From IMG/VR virus record IMGVR_UViG_3300035003_000007, positions 1 through 55,339 of that record: a stretch of 55,339 bases of DNA; one strand, 5' to 3'. The notes below the pieces were generated by a model, which was not told the DNA's origin, did not search any database, and saw only the letters and a list, made by a program, of their open reading frames with translations. Shown piece by piece: positions 45,966-55,339 of the stretch (positions within the stretch are counted from its first letter, which is position 1; every line of letters starts with the position of its first letter). A program made the translations under genes and the position numbers. The DNA is from a virus. Taxonomy: Duplodnaviria > Caudoviricetes.

Positions 45966-47033
45966 ATGAAATCCGTCTCTCCCGGCCTCGCCGCGCATCT
46001 CGCCGGCGCGGTGACCACGCTCGCCACCTGCTGGCGCGTGCAGCGCGCCGACGGCGCGGTCTATGGGTTCACCGACCATGATCGGGACCTGCTGGTCGAT
46101 GGCCTGACCTATGCCTCGTCCAGCGGCTACGCCCGCGCCGCCATCGCCTCGCGCGCCGACCTTTCCGTCGATGACACTGAGATCGCGGGCATCCTCAATT
46201 CGTCGCTGATCACCGAGGCCGACCTGCGCGCGGGCCTGTGGGACGGTGCGGAGGTGCGGATCTTCCTGGTGAACTGGGCCGACCTGTCGCAAGGGGTGCT
46301 CCGGCTGCGCCGTGGCCGTATCGGCGAGGTCATCGCGGGCGACGATGGCGGCTTCCGCGCCGAGCTGCGCGGCCTCGCCCAGGCGCTGCAGCAGCAGGTC
46401 GGCGAGATGTACTCGGCCGAGTGCCGCGCCGATCTGGGTGACGCGCGCTGCAAGGTGCCGCTACGGCCGCCGCTGGCGGCGCGCAGCACCGCCTATGCCC
46501 TGGGCGATGTGGTGCGCGTGCAGACGAACCCGGTTTTTCTTGGCACGATGCGAGAGCAGGGCCGCTTCTACGCCTGCACCGTGGCGGGTGTGACCGCGCC
46601 GACGGCGCCAACCTTCAACGCAACGCCGCTCGGTGCGACGACAACGGACGGCTCGGTGACGTGGACGGTGCGCCAGGCCTGGACGTTCGGCGGGCGCGTG
46701 CAAGCCTCCTCCGACCCGGCGACGATCCAGGCTGAGTCGCTCTTCGGGATCAACACCCTCGCCGATGGCTGGTTCGAGGGCGGCGTGCTGACCATGGAGA
46801 CCGGCGCCAATGCCGGCGTCGCGCGCGATGTGCTGTCCTGGGCGCAGGCCACGCGCACGGCTGGCCTGTTCCTGCCCATGCCGTTTCCCATCGCCGCCGG
46901 CGACGTGTTTCGCCTCCAGCCCGGCTGCGACAAGCGCCTGGCCACCTGCCGCCAAAAATTCGCCAATCGCCTGAACTTCCGCGGCGAGCCGCATGTGCCG
47001 GGCGGCAGGGCCATGGTGGAGACGCCCGCATGA
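45966..47033 (+). CDS. DUF2163/BR0599 baseplate hub protein with inserted carbohydrate-binding-like module
   Basis: TTLATCWRVQRADG..YGFTDHDRDL; CRADLGDARC; GCDKRLATC..KFANRLNFRGEPHVPG. Confidence 0.92.
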   Translation: MKSVSPGLAAHLAGAVTTLATCWRVQRADGAVYGFTDHDRDLLVDGLTYASSSGYARAAIASRADLSVDDTEIAGILNSSLITEADLRAGLWDGAEVRIFLVNWADLSQGVLRLRRGRIGEVIAGDDGGFRAELRGLAQALQQQVGEMYSAECRADLGDARCKVPLRPPLAARSTAYALGDVVRVQTNPVFLGTMREQGRFYACTVAGVTAPTAPTFNATPLGATTTDGSVTWTVRQAWTFGGRVQASSDPATIQAESLFGINTLADGWFEGGVLTMETGANAGVARDVLSWAQATRTAGLFLPMPFPIAAGDVFRLQPGCDKRLATCRQKFANRLNFRGEPHVPGGRAMVETPA

Positions 47034-47443
47034 TCGGCGCGCCAATCCTCGACCAGGCGCGCACGCTGCTCGGCGTGCCCTGGCGCCATATGGGCCGCAG
47101 CACGGCCGGCCTCGACTGCATCGGCCTCGTCTGGCTCGCCGCCCGCCAGGCCGGCGTCGCGCTGCCCGAGCCGCCCCCCTACGCCCGCGAGCCGCAGGAC
47201 CACGCCCTGCGCGCGGCGCTGCATCTTCACCTGCTGCCGGTCGCCCTCGACGCGACGCGGCCCGGCGACGTGCTGCTGTTCAACCTCGGCCTCTACGCCG
47301 GTCATCTCGGCCTGGCGGGCCAGCACCCGGCCTACGGCGTCCCGAGCGTGGTGCACGCCCATCTGCCGCGCCGCGCTGTCGTCGAGGAACCCCGCGCCCC
47401 CTTCGCGCCGCGCCTCACCGGCGCCTTTCGCTGGCGGAGCTGA
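47030..47443 (+). CDS. NlpC/P60 tail-associated peptidase
   Basis: ARTLLGVPWRHMGRSTAGLDCIGL, PGDVLLF, HLG, VHAH. Confidence 0.9.
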   Translation: MIGAPILDQARTLLGVPWRHMGRSTAGLDCIGLVWLAARQAGVALPEPPPYAREPQDHALRAALHLHLLPVALDATRPGDVLLFNLGLYAGHLGLAGQHPAYGVPSVVHAHLPRRAVVEEPRAPFAPRLTGAFRWRS

Positions 47444-47446
47444 GCC

Positions 47447-50400
47447 ATGGCCACCCTTGCCCTCGCCGCCGGCGGCGCCCTGCTCGGCGGCGCCGGCTTC
47501 GGCTCCATCGGTGCCTCCGTGGGCTGGGCGCTCGGTGGCCTCGCCGGCTCCCTGCTGTTCCCGCCCAAGGGCCAGGACACCACCGGCCCGCGGCTCTCCG
47601 ACCTCAGCGTCCAAAGCAGCGCCTATGGCACCGGCATCCCCCTCCTGTTCGGCACCACGCGCCTCGCCGGCAACATCCTCTGGTCCTCGGGCCTGCGCGA
47701 GCAGGCCAACCGCCGCCGCATCGGCGGCAAGGGCAGCAGCCGCGCCACGGCTACGACCTACAGCTATTCCGCCTCCTGGGCGGTCGGCCTGTGCGAGGGG
47801 CCGGCTGCAGCCGTCCGCCGCATCTGGTTCGACGACAAGCTGGTCTATGACGCCTCCGGTGCCTCGCTGCAGATCGAAATCCCCGGCCTCGTCTGGCGCT
47901 TCTATCAGGGCGACGAGACCCAGCTGCCCGACCCGCTGATCGAGGCCGCGGTCGGCGCCGACAACGCGGTCGCGCATCGCGGCCTCTGCTACCTGGTCTT
48001 CGACGACGTCCCCCTGGAGCGCCTCGGCAACCGGCTGCCCAACGTCACCTGCGAAGTCGTCATGGCGGGCGACCTGTCGGTCCAGAGCGATCCCATCACC
48101 GGCCGGCCGACCCCGATGGACGGGAGTCTTGCCGCCATCGACTGGTCCAGCCGCCGTCTCTGGACCGTGACCAGTTCCCTGACCGAGACCGTGCAGATCA
48201 TCGAGACGCAGCTCGACAGCCTGACCTCGCGCGTCCTGGCCACGACCAGCTTCTCGCTGTCCAGCAGCGGCATCGCCGCCCTTCCGGGCGTGGGCCTCTT
48301 CTACGCGCCCTTCACGGGCAACAGCGGCCCGATTGCGCGCTACGACATGGACACCGGCGCACTCACGGGCAGCTTTGGCAGCGCCGGTTCCAGCCTGACC
48401 AACAGCCCGACCAACATCTCCCTGCTCGGTTCAGAGGCGCAGGACCTCGTGCCGCTGCAGGTCATCGGCGCGGCCGGCACCCGCTCCTTCCTGCTGGCCT
48501 CGCCCTTCACCTTTGCGGCAGGCGGCTTCTGCCTCGATGCCGACAGCATGGGCTATGTCTGGGGCTCCACCGTGGCCGGGCACCCGCGGCTGTTTGCGCC
48601 GGGCGCGCGCGGCTCCTGGGTGGTCGGTGAGGCGCGCGCAGGCGAGACGGACGCCTACTACCTCGCCGGACGCAGCGGCTTTCTGGAAGTCTGGCGCGTC
48701 ACCGTCAGCGCGGCGGCGGCCGGCATCACCAGCGGGCCGCAGATCGGCGGCACCCTCGGCGTCACCGCCACCCGGCTGCCGGACATCCCCGCCGCCGCGC
48801 TCGGCCACGGTGCCGGCACGATCGAGCTGCGCCAGGCGATCTTCGACCGCGAGGATGGCGCGCTGCTGCTCGGCACCAGCCTGGCCAGCGTCGAGCGGCT
48901 GTCGAAGGTCACGACCGGCGGCGCGGCGCTGTGGAGCGTGGCGGGCCCCTTCTGCCAGAGCCGCGTCTCGCACCTCTCGCGCCTCGATGCCGGCCTGCAT
49001 GCCGTGCTCGGCCTGAACCTCCTGGCCGTCTATGACACCCGCAGCGGGGCGCTGATCGCCAGCCAGCCGGTGCCCGGCTCCGATCCATCGGTCGGCGCCT
49101 GGCAGCTCTTCGAGGGCAGCACGCGGACCCTTTACGCGCAGACCCAGGGGGCCGGCGCGCGGCGGTTCCTGGCCATGCGGCAGGGCAGCCAGGCCGTGAC
49201 CCTGCCCAGCATCGTCGAGGCGCTCTGCGCGCGGGCCGGCCTCGAGGCGGGCGACGTCGACACCGCGGCACTCACCGACAGCGTGGCGGGCTACGTGCTG
49301 GCCCGTCCGGGCGCGGTGCGCGCGGCCTTCGAACCGCTCGCCGCCGCGTTCCAGTTCGACGCGGTCGAGAGCGACGATTTGCTGCGCTTTGTGCCGCGCG
49401 GCGGGGCGGCGGTCACGACGGTCGCGCATGCCGACCTGGTGCGGTCCGGCGAGGCGGCGGTGATCACCGAGACGCGCGCGCAGGAGGTGGAACTGCCGCG
49501 GCAGCTCACGGTGCGCCACATCGACCCGGCCCGCAGCTACGAACCCGGCGCGCAGCATTGGCAGCGCCCCGCCGCGCCCAGCCCCACCATGCGCTCGCGC
49601 GACGCCCAAACCCTCGACCTGCCGATCGTCCTGGGCGCCGACGCCGCCAAGGCCATAGCGCGCCGCCTGCTGACCGCCACATGGCGCGAGCGCACGCGCC
49701 TGACCTTCACCGGCACGACGCAGCATCTGCGCCTGGAGCCGACCGACCCGATCACGCTGGTCCTGGCCGATGGCAGCACCCAGCGTGGCCGCATCCTATC
49801 GGCCCAGCTCGGCGCCGATTGGACGCTGCGGCTGGAGGCGGTGGCCGAGGCGGCGGCCGACTATGCCCTCACCGCGGCGGCCGATGGCGGCGCGGGCTAC
49901 CCGCCCGACGCCATGCCGGCGCCCTACGGCATTCGCGCGCTGGTGCCCAACCTACCGTTGCTGCGCGACGGCGATGATCTCGCGGGCACCGGGCTGCGCG
50001 GCTATGCGCTGGCCGGCACCTATCCCGGCCAGGCTTGGCGCGCGGCGCAGCTGTGGCGCGGGGCGCTCGCCAGCCTCGACCTGCTCGGCGCGCTCGATGA
50101 GCCGATGGCCTGGGGCGGCGTTGTCGGGCCGGTGCCCGCGCCGACGAGCTATTGGCGCTGGGACGACGCCACCACCATCACTCTCGCGCCGCAGAGCGGG
50201 GCCGCGCGCATCGCCTCGGCCACCGATCTCGAAGTGCTGAACGGTGCCAATCTCGGGCTTCTGGTGTCGCCGGATGGCGTGGTGGAGCTGATCCAGCACG
50301 CGGTCGCGGTGGCCAACGGCGACGGGACCATCACCCTGTCGCGCCTGCTGCGCGGACGCCGCGGCACGGAGGATGCCGGCGCCTTCAGCGCGGCGCTCTA

Positions 50401-50875
50401 TGTCCTGCTCGACGGCAGCGAAATTCCCTTCGGTGGGCTGCTCGCCTCCCTTGGCCAGTCCGAGACCTTTCGGGCGCAGGGGGCCTTCCAGCAGGTGCAG
50501 GAGGCGCCCGCGCTCTCCAGGGTCAACACCGGGCGTGCCGAGCGGCCCTACGCGCCGGTCCACATCACCGCCACGCGCGACGGCGCCAACAACCTGACCC
50601 TCTCCTGGGTCCGCCGCACGCGCCTCGGCGGCGCCCTTCTCGACGGCACCGGCGCCGTGCCGCTCGGCGAGGCCAGCGAGGCCTACGAGGTCGACATCCG
50701 CAACGCCGCCGACACCGCGACGCTGCGCAGCATCACCGCCACGGCGCCGACGGCCAGCTACACCGCCGCGCAGCAGGTCGCGGACGGCCTCACGCCCGGC
50801 GCGCCGGTGCGCGTCCGCATCTTCCAGATCAGCGCGACTGTCGGTCGCGGCATCCCCGGGAGCGCCACCCTTTGA
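47447..50875 (+). CDS. Central tail tip / host-specificity protein (megatron-like)
   Basis: GPRLSDLSVQSSAYG..IPLLFGTTRLAGNILW, AVGLCEGP, AHRGLCYLVF; C-terminal LSRLLRGRRGTE, LSWVRRTR. Confidence 0.88.
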   Translation: MATLALAAGGALLGGAGFGSIGASVGWALGGLAGSLLFPPKGQDTTGPRLSDLSVQSSAYGTGIPLLFGTTRLAGNILWSSGLREQANRRRIGGKGSSRATATTYSYSASWAVGLCEGPAAAVRRIWFDDKLVYDASGASLQIEIPGLVWRFYQGDETQLPDPLIEAAVGADNAVAHRGLCYLVFDDVPLERLGNRLPNVTCEVVMAGDLSVQSDPITGRPTPMDGSLAAIDWSSRRLWTVTSSLTETVQIIETQLDSLTSRVLATTSFSLSSSGIAALPGVGLFYAPFTGNSGPIARYDMDTGALTGSFGSAGSSLTNSPTNISLLGSEAQDLVPLQVIGAAGTRSFLLASPFTFAAGGFCLDADSMGYVWGSTVAGHPRLFAPGARGSWVVGEARAGETDAYYLAGRSGFLEVWRVTVSAAAAGITSGPQIGGTLGVTATRLPDIPAAALGHGAGTIELRQAIFDREDGALLLGTSLASVERLSKVTTGGAALWSVAGPFCQSRVSHLSRLDAGLHAVLGLNLLAVYDTRSGALIASQPVPGSDPSVGAWQLFEGSTRTLYAQTQGAGARRFLAMRQGSQAVTLPSIVEALCARAGLEAGDVDTAALTDSVAGYVLARPGAVRAAFEPLAAAFQFDAVESDDLLRFVPRGGAAVTTVAHADLVRSGEAAVITETRAQEVELPRQLTVRHIDPARSYEPGAQHWQRPAAPSPTMRSRDAQTLDLPIVLGADAAKAIARRLLTATWRERTRLTFTGTTQHLRLEPTDPITLVLADGSTQRGRILSAQLGADWTLRLEAVAEAAADYALTAAADGGAGYPPDAMPAPYGIRALVPNLPLLRDGDDLAGTGLRGYALAGTYPGQAWRAAQLWRGALASLDLLGALDEPMAWGGVVGPVPAPTSYWRWDDATTITLAPQSGAARIASATDLEVLNGANLGLLVSPDGVVELIQHAVAVANGDGTITLSRLLRGRRGTEDAGAFSAALYVLLDGSEIPFGGLLASLGQSETFRAQGAFQQVQEAPALSRVNTGRAERPYAPVHITATRDGANNLTLSWVRRTRLGGALLDGTGAVPLGEASEAYEVDIRNAADTATLRSITATAPTASYTAAQQVADGLTPGAPVRVRIFQISATVGRGIPGSATL

Positions 50876-51576
50876 GCGACCACCTCGCCATTCCCCTCGT
50901 CGCGGCCAGCCAGAACCAGAAGGAGGTGACGCTCAACGAGGCGGTGAACCTCCTCGATCGCAGCAGCAACGCAGACGCCACCATCGCGCTGGCCGACGCC
51001 AACCTGACCCTCACGGCGGCGCAGGTGCGGCAGAACGCGCTGCTGAGCTTTACCGGCACTCTGACTGCCCCGCGCGTGCTCACGCTGCCGGCCGGCAAGC
51101 GCCAGATCCTCCTGCGCAATGCCACCGCCGGCGGGCACGCGCTGGAAGTCGGGTACGCCACCGGCAGCCGCGCGACGATCCCGCCGAATGCCTCGGCGGT
51201 CATCCAGGCCGATGGCACGAACTGCATCGCCCTCGGCGCCAGCATCGAGATCGGCTTCTACATCCCCGGCACCCTGCTCGCCGGCCAGCGCCTGGCAGGC
51301 TTCCTGTTCACCCGGCGCATCGCGCTCCCCGCCGGCCTCGCCGGCTCGCGCGCCGCGCTCGAAGTCGCGCCGACCAGCGCCGCAACCTTCTCGCTCCAGC
51401 GCAATGGCAGCGGCATCGCCAGCCTCACCTTCGCCGCCGGCGCCACGACGGCGAGCTTCTCGCTGCTGGCCGAGGCCACGCTTGAGGCCGGCGACCGCCT
51501 CACGCTGATCGCCCCCAGCCCGGCCGATCCCAGCCTCGCCGATCTTTACCTCACCCTCCGCGGGAGACCCGTCTGA
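50872..51576 (+). CDS. Tail fibre-related protein with DUF2793-like N-terminus
   Basis: TTG start overlapping the previous stop; HLAIPLVAASQNQKEVTLNEAVNLLD. Confidence 0.75.
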   Translation: MSDHLAIPLVAASQNQKEVTLNEAVNLLDRSSNADATIALADANLTLTAAQVRQNALLSFTGTLTAPRVLTLPAGKRQILLRNATAGGHALEVGYATGSRATIPPNASAVIQADGTNCIALGASIEIGFYIPGTLLAGQRLAGFLFTRRIALPAGLAGSRAALEVAPTSAATFSLQRNGSGIASLTFAAGATTASFSLLAEATLEAGDRLTLIAPSPADPSLADLYLTLRGRPV

Positions 51577-52604
51577 TGGCCTACATCCTCACCGAGGGCT
51601 TCGACCTGTATCGCGACCTCGCCGATCTCGGCCTGCGCGGCTGGACCAGCCTGCCGAATGGCGGCGGCCTCGCGCCAGGCTTCCACAGCCATGGCCGCGC
51701 GCTGCGCATCCCGAACCTCGCGACCGCCGTGCTCGCGCGGCGGGATTTCACCAGCGGCGCGAGCGAGCTTTACGTCGCCTGCGATGTCCTGCTCGATGCC
51801 CTGCCGACCACCGCAAACCGGCTGCTCTCGCTCTATGAAACCGCTGTCGATCAGATCAACGTCCTGATCAACACCAGCGGCACCCTGGCAGTGCGGCGAT
51901 CGACCACCACGCTGGCCACCAGCACCGCGGCGCTGCTGCCGAACACCCGCTACCGGCTTGAGCTGCGCGCGCTGAATGCCGACGCCGGCGGCATCGCAGA
52001 AATCCGGATCGACGGCACCGTCGTCGTCACCTTCACCGGCGACACCCGCAACGGCGGCACCGGCGTGATGAACCGGCTGGAACTGCACGGCCTGGTCCGC
52101 TCGGACAACATCGGCTTTGCGTATTTCGACAATTTGACGATCAACACGACGACCGGCGCGGCGCCGGCCGGTTATCCCGGCGCGCGGCGCATCGAGACGC
52201 TGCTGCCCACCAGCACCATCGCCGAGGGTTTTTCCCGATCCGACCCGGCCATCGCCCCGCACCTCCTGGTCGGCGAGGTGCCGCTCGACGCGACGAGTTT
52301 CATGGCCTCGGCCACGCCCGGCGCGCGCGACGAATACGGGCTCGCCGATCTTTCGGGCACGCCCACCGCCATCGATGCGGTGGTGCTGGTGGCGCATCTC
52401 GCGCGCTCCGACGCCGGGGCGCGGACGATGCGCGCGAACATCCTGTCCGGCAGCAGCCGCTTCAACGGCGCGACCGTCAGCCCGCCCGTCTCGCCCTCAG
52501 GAGGCTACACCGAGACGATCGCCCACACCGATCCTGATACCGGGGTCGCCTGGACGGCGGCGGGCGTGAACGCGCAGCGGGCCGAGATCGAGATCGTCGC
52601 GTGA
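51576..52604 (+). CDS. Beta-rich virion protein (lectin/LamG-like; putative receptor binding)
   Basis: MAYILTEGFD, EIRIDGTVV, YFDNL, DPDTGVAWT; TGATG coupling. Confidence 0.7.
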   Translation: MAYILTEGFDLYRDLADLGLRGWTSLPNGGGLAPGFHSHGRALRIPNLATAVLARRDFTSGASELYVACDVLLDALPTTANRLLSLYETAVDQINVLINTSGTLAVRRSTTTLATSTAALLPNTRYRLELRALNADAGGIAEIRIDGTVVVTFTGDTRNGGTGVMNRLELHGLVRSDNIGFAYFDNLTINTTTGAAPAGYPGARRIETLLPTSTIAEGFSRSDPAIAPHLLVGEVPLDATSFMASATPGARDEYGLADLSGTPTAIDAVVLVAHLARSDAGARTMRANILSGSSRFNGATVSPPVSPSGGYTETIAHTDPDTGVAWTAAGVNAQRAEIEIVA

Positions 52605-52903
52605 GCGGGACTAGCGGGCGCGTCGCACAGCTCGGCGGTGAGATCGTTCATGACGCGCTGCCGGCAGCCATCGGGCGCGCGCGCATGGCGCAGATCGGCG
52701 TCGAGGCTGTGCGCGACACGGCAGACATCCCACCGACGCGCGGGCGGCTCGCCCAGGCCGGCGCAGAGGCGGTGCATGGGGCCATCCCGGCGGACAGTGG
52801 GCGGTGCCGGGTCGCGCAACTCGGCATCGAGGTCGTGCGGGCGGTGAGCGAGGTCGCCTCCAGCGGCACCAGCCGCGTCCAGGTGGTGGTGATCTGCGGG
52901 TGA
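52601..52903 (+). CDS. Small repeat protein with four RxAQxGxExV repeats
   Basis: RVAQLGGEIV, RMAQIGVEAV, RLAQAGAEAV, RVAQLGIEVV. Confidence 0.7.
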   Translation: MSGTSGRVAQLGGEIVHDALPAAIGRARMAQIGVEAVRDTADIPPTRGRLAQAGAEAVHGAIPADSGRCRVAQLGIEVVRAVSEVASSGTSRVQVVVICG

Positions 52904-52970
52904 GGGGGCGGACCGTGAGCACGTCCATCGCGGACATGGCCGCGGCGCTGCGGCGCTTGATCGGCGGATA

Positions 52971-53005
52971 GGCGTGCCCAGCAGCGCCGCCATGCTGGGC
53001 ACGCC
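52971..53005. terminator. 13-bp perfect hairpin at the end of the late operon
   Basis: GGCGTGCCCAGCA-N9-TGCTGGGCACGCC; no U tract. Confidence 0.5.
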
Positions 53006-53285
53006 CCATCCGTCTCGGCCGGCCCTATGGCGGCCGGCCTGGTGAGCACCAGCGGGTTCGCCGCAATTCCCACCACCGCCACCGATCTGCCGCTCATGCA
53101 GCGTCTCCGGCGGTCCCCGCGCTTGATGGGTCCGGGTCCCCATGTGCAGATGAGGCAACGATAGCAGCGCCATCGGGCGTTGGCGCCGACGAAAAAGGGC
53201 AACTTTTTGCACTCGAAGGGCAATAGGTTGCACCGGCTGCGCTTGCGAGCCGATGCCGCGGGACATCGCGTTGTTGAACGCCGGC

Positions 53286-53600
53286 GCGGTGATGGCCGAC
53301 GCCTCGTTGAACCGACTGCAGCCCATCCGGGGCGGCACAGGAGTCGCCTTTGCGTAGATGGGGATCGTGGGCCTAGACGGGCAGATCGAGCTCGAGGCGT
53401 GCGGCTGTTCGGGCTGCCGGAGGCGGCACCGGGGGTGCTCTTCGCCTGCCCCTCGGTTCCGATCGGGACGCGCATCCTGGCGATGGAGATGACCTGGGAT
53501 CTGCCGAGCCTCACGGCCGGCTCGACGGCGAATATCGACGTGACCGTGGCTGGCGCACCGCGCAGCGACTTTGCGGACGCCTCGCTCGACCTCACGCCCG
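53286..53600 (+). pseudogene. Decayed C-terminal remnant of a different tail fibre-like gene
   Basis: Reads AVMADASLNRLQPIRGGTGVAFA*MGIVGLDGQIELEA (stop at 53355), then after a frameshift near 53400 RLFGLPEAAP...WDLPSLTAGSTANIDVTVAGA..SDFADASLD. Confidence 0.6.
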
Positions 53601-53693
53601 CGGCACTGGTAGGAGGTCGTCGCGATCGCCCGCGCCGGGAGCGAAATGCCCGCGGCCAGCGCGGCGGGGGCAAGAGCCCCCGCCGCAAAAGGC

Positions 53694-54071
53694 TTACGGG
53701 TTGCTGATGGCAAGCGTACGCCGGTCGAAGCGGAAGACCTTCGGCGCCTCATTCGCGATGCTCGCCACCATGACTTCGCGGCTGAAATCGATCGCGATGA
53801 TGCGCGACCCGAGGCCGCGTGCATCCAGGATTTGCAGGTTGTTCAGCAGGATTGTCTCAAGCACGCCATAGACCGTGTTTCCGCCGGTCGCGCGCTGCGT
53901 GATTTCCCGGCGCGTCTCGGGGCTGAGCATTTCCTCGATGGCGCGGATCATAGGGGCGGGCGCCTCTACGATACCAACGGCCGGTTGTGTCGTGGTGGGT
54001 TGCGCCGGCGCCTGGGCGAGAACCGGCGCGGCAATGATTGATACAATCAATGCGAAAATGGCGGTGCGCAT
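53694..54071 (-). CDS. Small secreted protein
   Basis: AGGAGGAG RBS; signal peptide MRTAIFALIVSIIAAPVLA-Q. Confidence 0.75.
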   Translation of the reverse strand: MRTAIFALIVSIIAAPVLAQAPAQPTTTQPAVGIVEAPAPMIRAIEEMLSPETRREITQRATGGNTVYGVLETILLNNLQILDARGLGSRIIAIDFSREVMVASIANEAPKVFRFDRRTLAISNP

Positions 54072-54328
54072 CTTGCTCCTCCTATGTTTCTTACCCACCA
54101 AAGATTATCAGAAGACAACATCGGCAACCAAGCGCACGGAGGCCGAACCGAACCAGGATGAGATTCTGCGCACATGCTTTGGACAGCGAGCATGTCTGCA
54201 GAGCCAATTCTCTCTTCATAAAATTTTCTTGGGCTGACATGTTCGTAGCAGTAAAGCTTCGCGCCGATGGCACCATTGAAGGCGCCAGAGACCAAAGACC
54301 CTGCCCCGTGCAAGCTGCAACGGCGTAA

Positions 54329-55339
54329 ATGAGTAGGATCGGGAGAGATGGCGTGACCTTCGCAGAAACGGGCGATTTCGTCTCAACGGGCAGCCTACCG
54401 AGCCCGGCGCAAGTACAAGCCCTGTTGGACGCCGCCTATCAACGGTTCGCCCCACATGCAGAGGGCGAGGTGTCGCGCGTCTATCCGGCGCTCGCCCGTG
54501 TGAGCCCGGAGTTGTTTGGAATCTGCCTGGCAGGGGTGAGCGGCAACACCTTCAGCATCGGCGCGGCCGAACATCCCTTCACGATTATGTCCGTCTCCAA
54601 GCCCTTCGTTTTCGCGCTGGTCTGCCAGGCGATCGGGCCGGAGGCGGTGCGGAAGAAGATCGGCGTCAACGCCACCGGCCATGCCTTCAATTCGGCGGCG
54701 GGCATCGAGCACATGCCGGACGGGCGCACCAACCCGATGGTGAATGCCGGCGCCATTGCGACTACCAGCCTGATCCCTGGCGCCGACGCCGAGGCGCGCT
54801 GGCGCCATATCCATGATGGCCTGTCGCGCTTCGCCGGGCGGACGCTTCCGATGAATGAGGAGGTCCTGGCCTCGGCGCGGGAAACCAATCATCGCAACCG
54901 GGGCCTCGCGCATGTGCTGCAGTCGCTCGGCCAGATCTACGCGGATCCGCTGGAGGCCGTGGACCTCTACACCATGCAGTGCTCGCTGGACGTCACGGCG
55001 CGCGACTTGGCGGTGATGGGCGCGACGCTTGCCGATGGCGGCGTGAATCCGCTGACCAAGGAGCGCGTGGTGGACGCCTCGGTCTGCCACTACGCGCTGG
55101 CCGTCATGGCTACCTCTGGTCTCTACGAGACCTCGGGCGACTGGCTCTACGAGATAGGGCTGCCGGGCAAGAGCGGCATCGGCGGCGGCATCGTGACCGT
55201 CTCGCCGGGCAAGGGCGCGCTGGGCACTTTCGCACCACCGCTGGATGTCGCGGGCAACAGCGTGCGTGGCCAGCTGGTCGCGCGGTTCCTCTCCCAGCGG
55301 CTTGGCCTCGACCTTTTCATCTCCGCACCCGCCGGCTGA
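54329..55339 (+). CDS. glsA: Glutaminase A
   Basis: FTIMSVSKPF (SxxK), NPMVNAGAI, YTMQCS, GLPGKSGIGGGI, GNSVRG. Confidence 0.95.
   Translation: MSRIGRDGVTFAETGDFVSTGSLPSPAQVQALLDAAYQRFAPHAEGEVSRVYPALARVSPELFGICLAGVSGNTFSIGAAEHPFTIMSVSKPFVFALVCQAIGPEAVRKKIGVNATGHAFNSAAGIEHMPDGRTNPMVNAGAIATTSLIPGADAEARWRHIHDGLSRFAGRTLPMNEEVLASARETNHRNRGLAHVLQSLGQIYADPLEAVDLYTMQCSLDVTARDLAVMGATLADGGVNPLTKERVVDASVCHYALAVMATSGLYETSGDWLYEIGLPGKSGIGGGIVTVSPGKGALGTFAPPLDVAGNSVRGQLVARFLSQRLGLDLFISAPAG

Noticed and set aside
43149-50875. Gene transfer agent cluster
   Set aside because: The tail tip is GTA-like, but the element has a recombinase, replication genes, GpA terminase and a cos-like site, so it is a prophage.
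47447-53600. Diversity-generating retroelement or invertible tail-fibre shufflon
   Set aside because: No reverse transcriptase, TR/VR pair, local invertase or inverted crossover sites seen.

Overview
GC-rich alphaproteobacterial DNA (the gene families suggest Acetobacteraceae/Roseomonas-like; this is inference). About 49 kb (~4.26-53.6 kb) is a near-complete siphovirus-type prophage. In order, it carries: a large serine recombinase with DUF2924; a divergent early operon (Sak4-like AAA ATPase, DUF669, Cas4-like exonuclease, ParB-HTH-methyltransferase fusion, small nuclease, SF2 helicase, primase-polymerase, candidate origin); a lambda-like cos site; two more ParB-MTases; GpA terminase, portal and protease-capsid fusion; tail genes with a -1 frameshift chaperone; and a GTA-like tail tip. 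Five cargo slots interrupt the backbone: an HNH nuclease, a DUF488 pair, AraC, Bug plus esterase, and GSCFA-WcbI-XRE. The left flank has a giant secreted TPR protein followed by an orphan Rhs fragment; the right flank has a small secreted protein and glutaminase. The most notable observations are: (1) a full ParB CTPase-HTH fused to a methyltransferase, whose gene contains a 16-bp parS-like palindrome cluster just after the HTH, with no ParA and an adjacent nuclease, suggesting a self-loading, cis-acting methylation system; (2) no CI repressor, but two perfect alphaproteobacterial LexA boxes and a three-copy operator around an unknown regulator; (3) a duplicated portal 3' end bracketing the AraC cargo. 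No endolysin, att sites, RNA genes or CRISPR arrays were recognised. All family calls come from motif recognition, not database searches.
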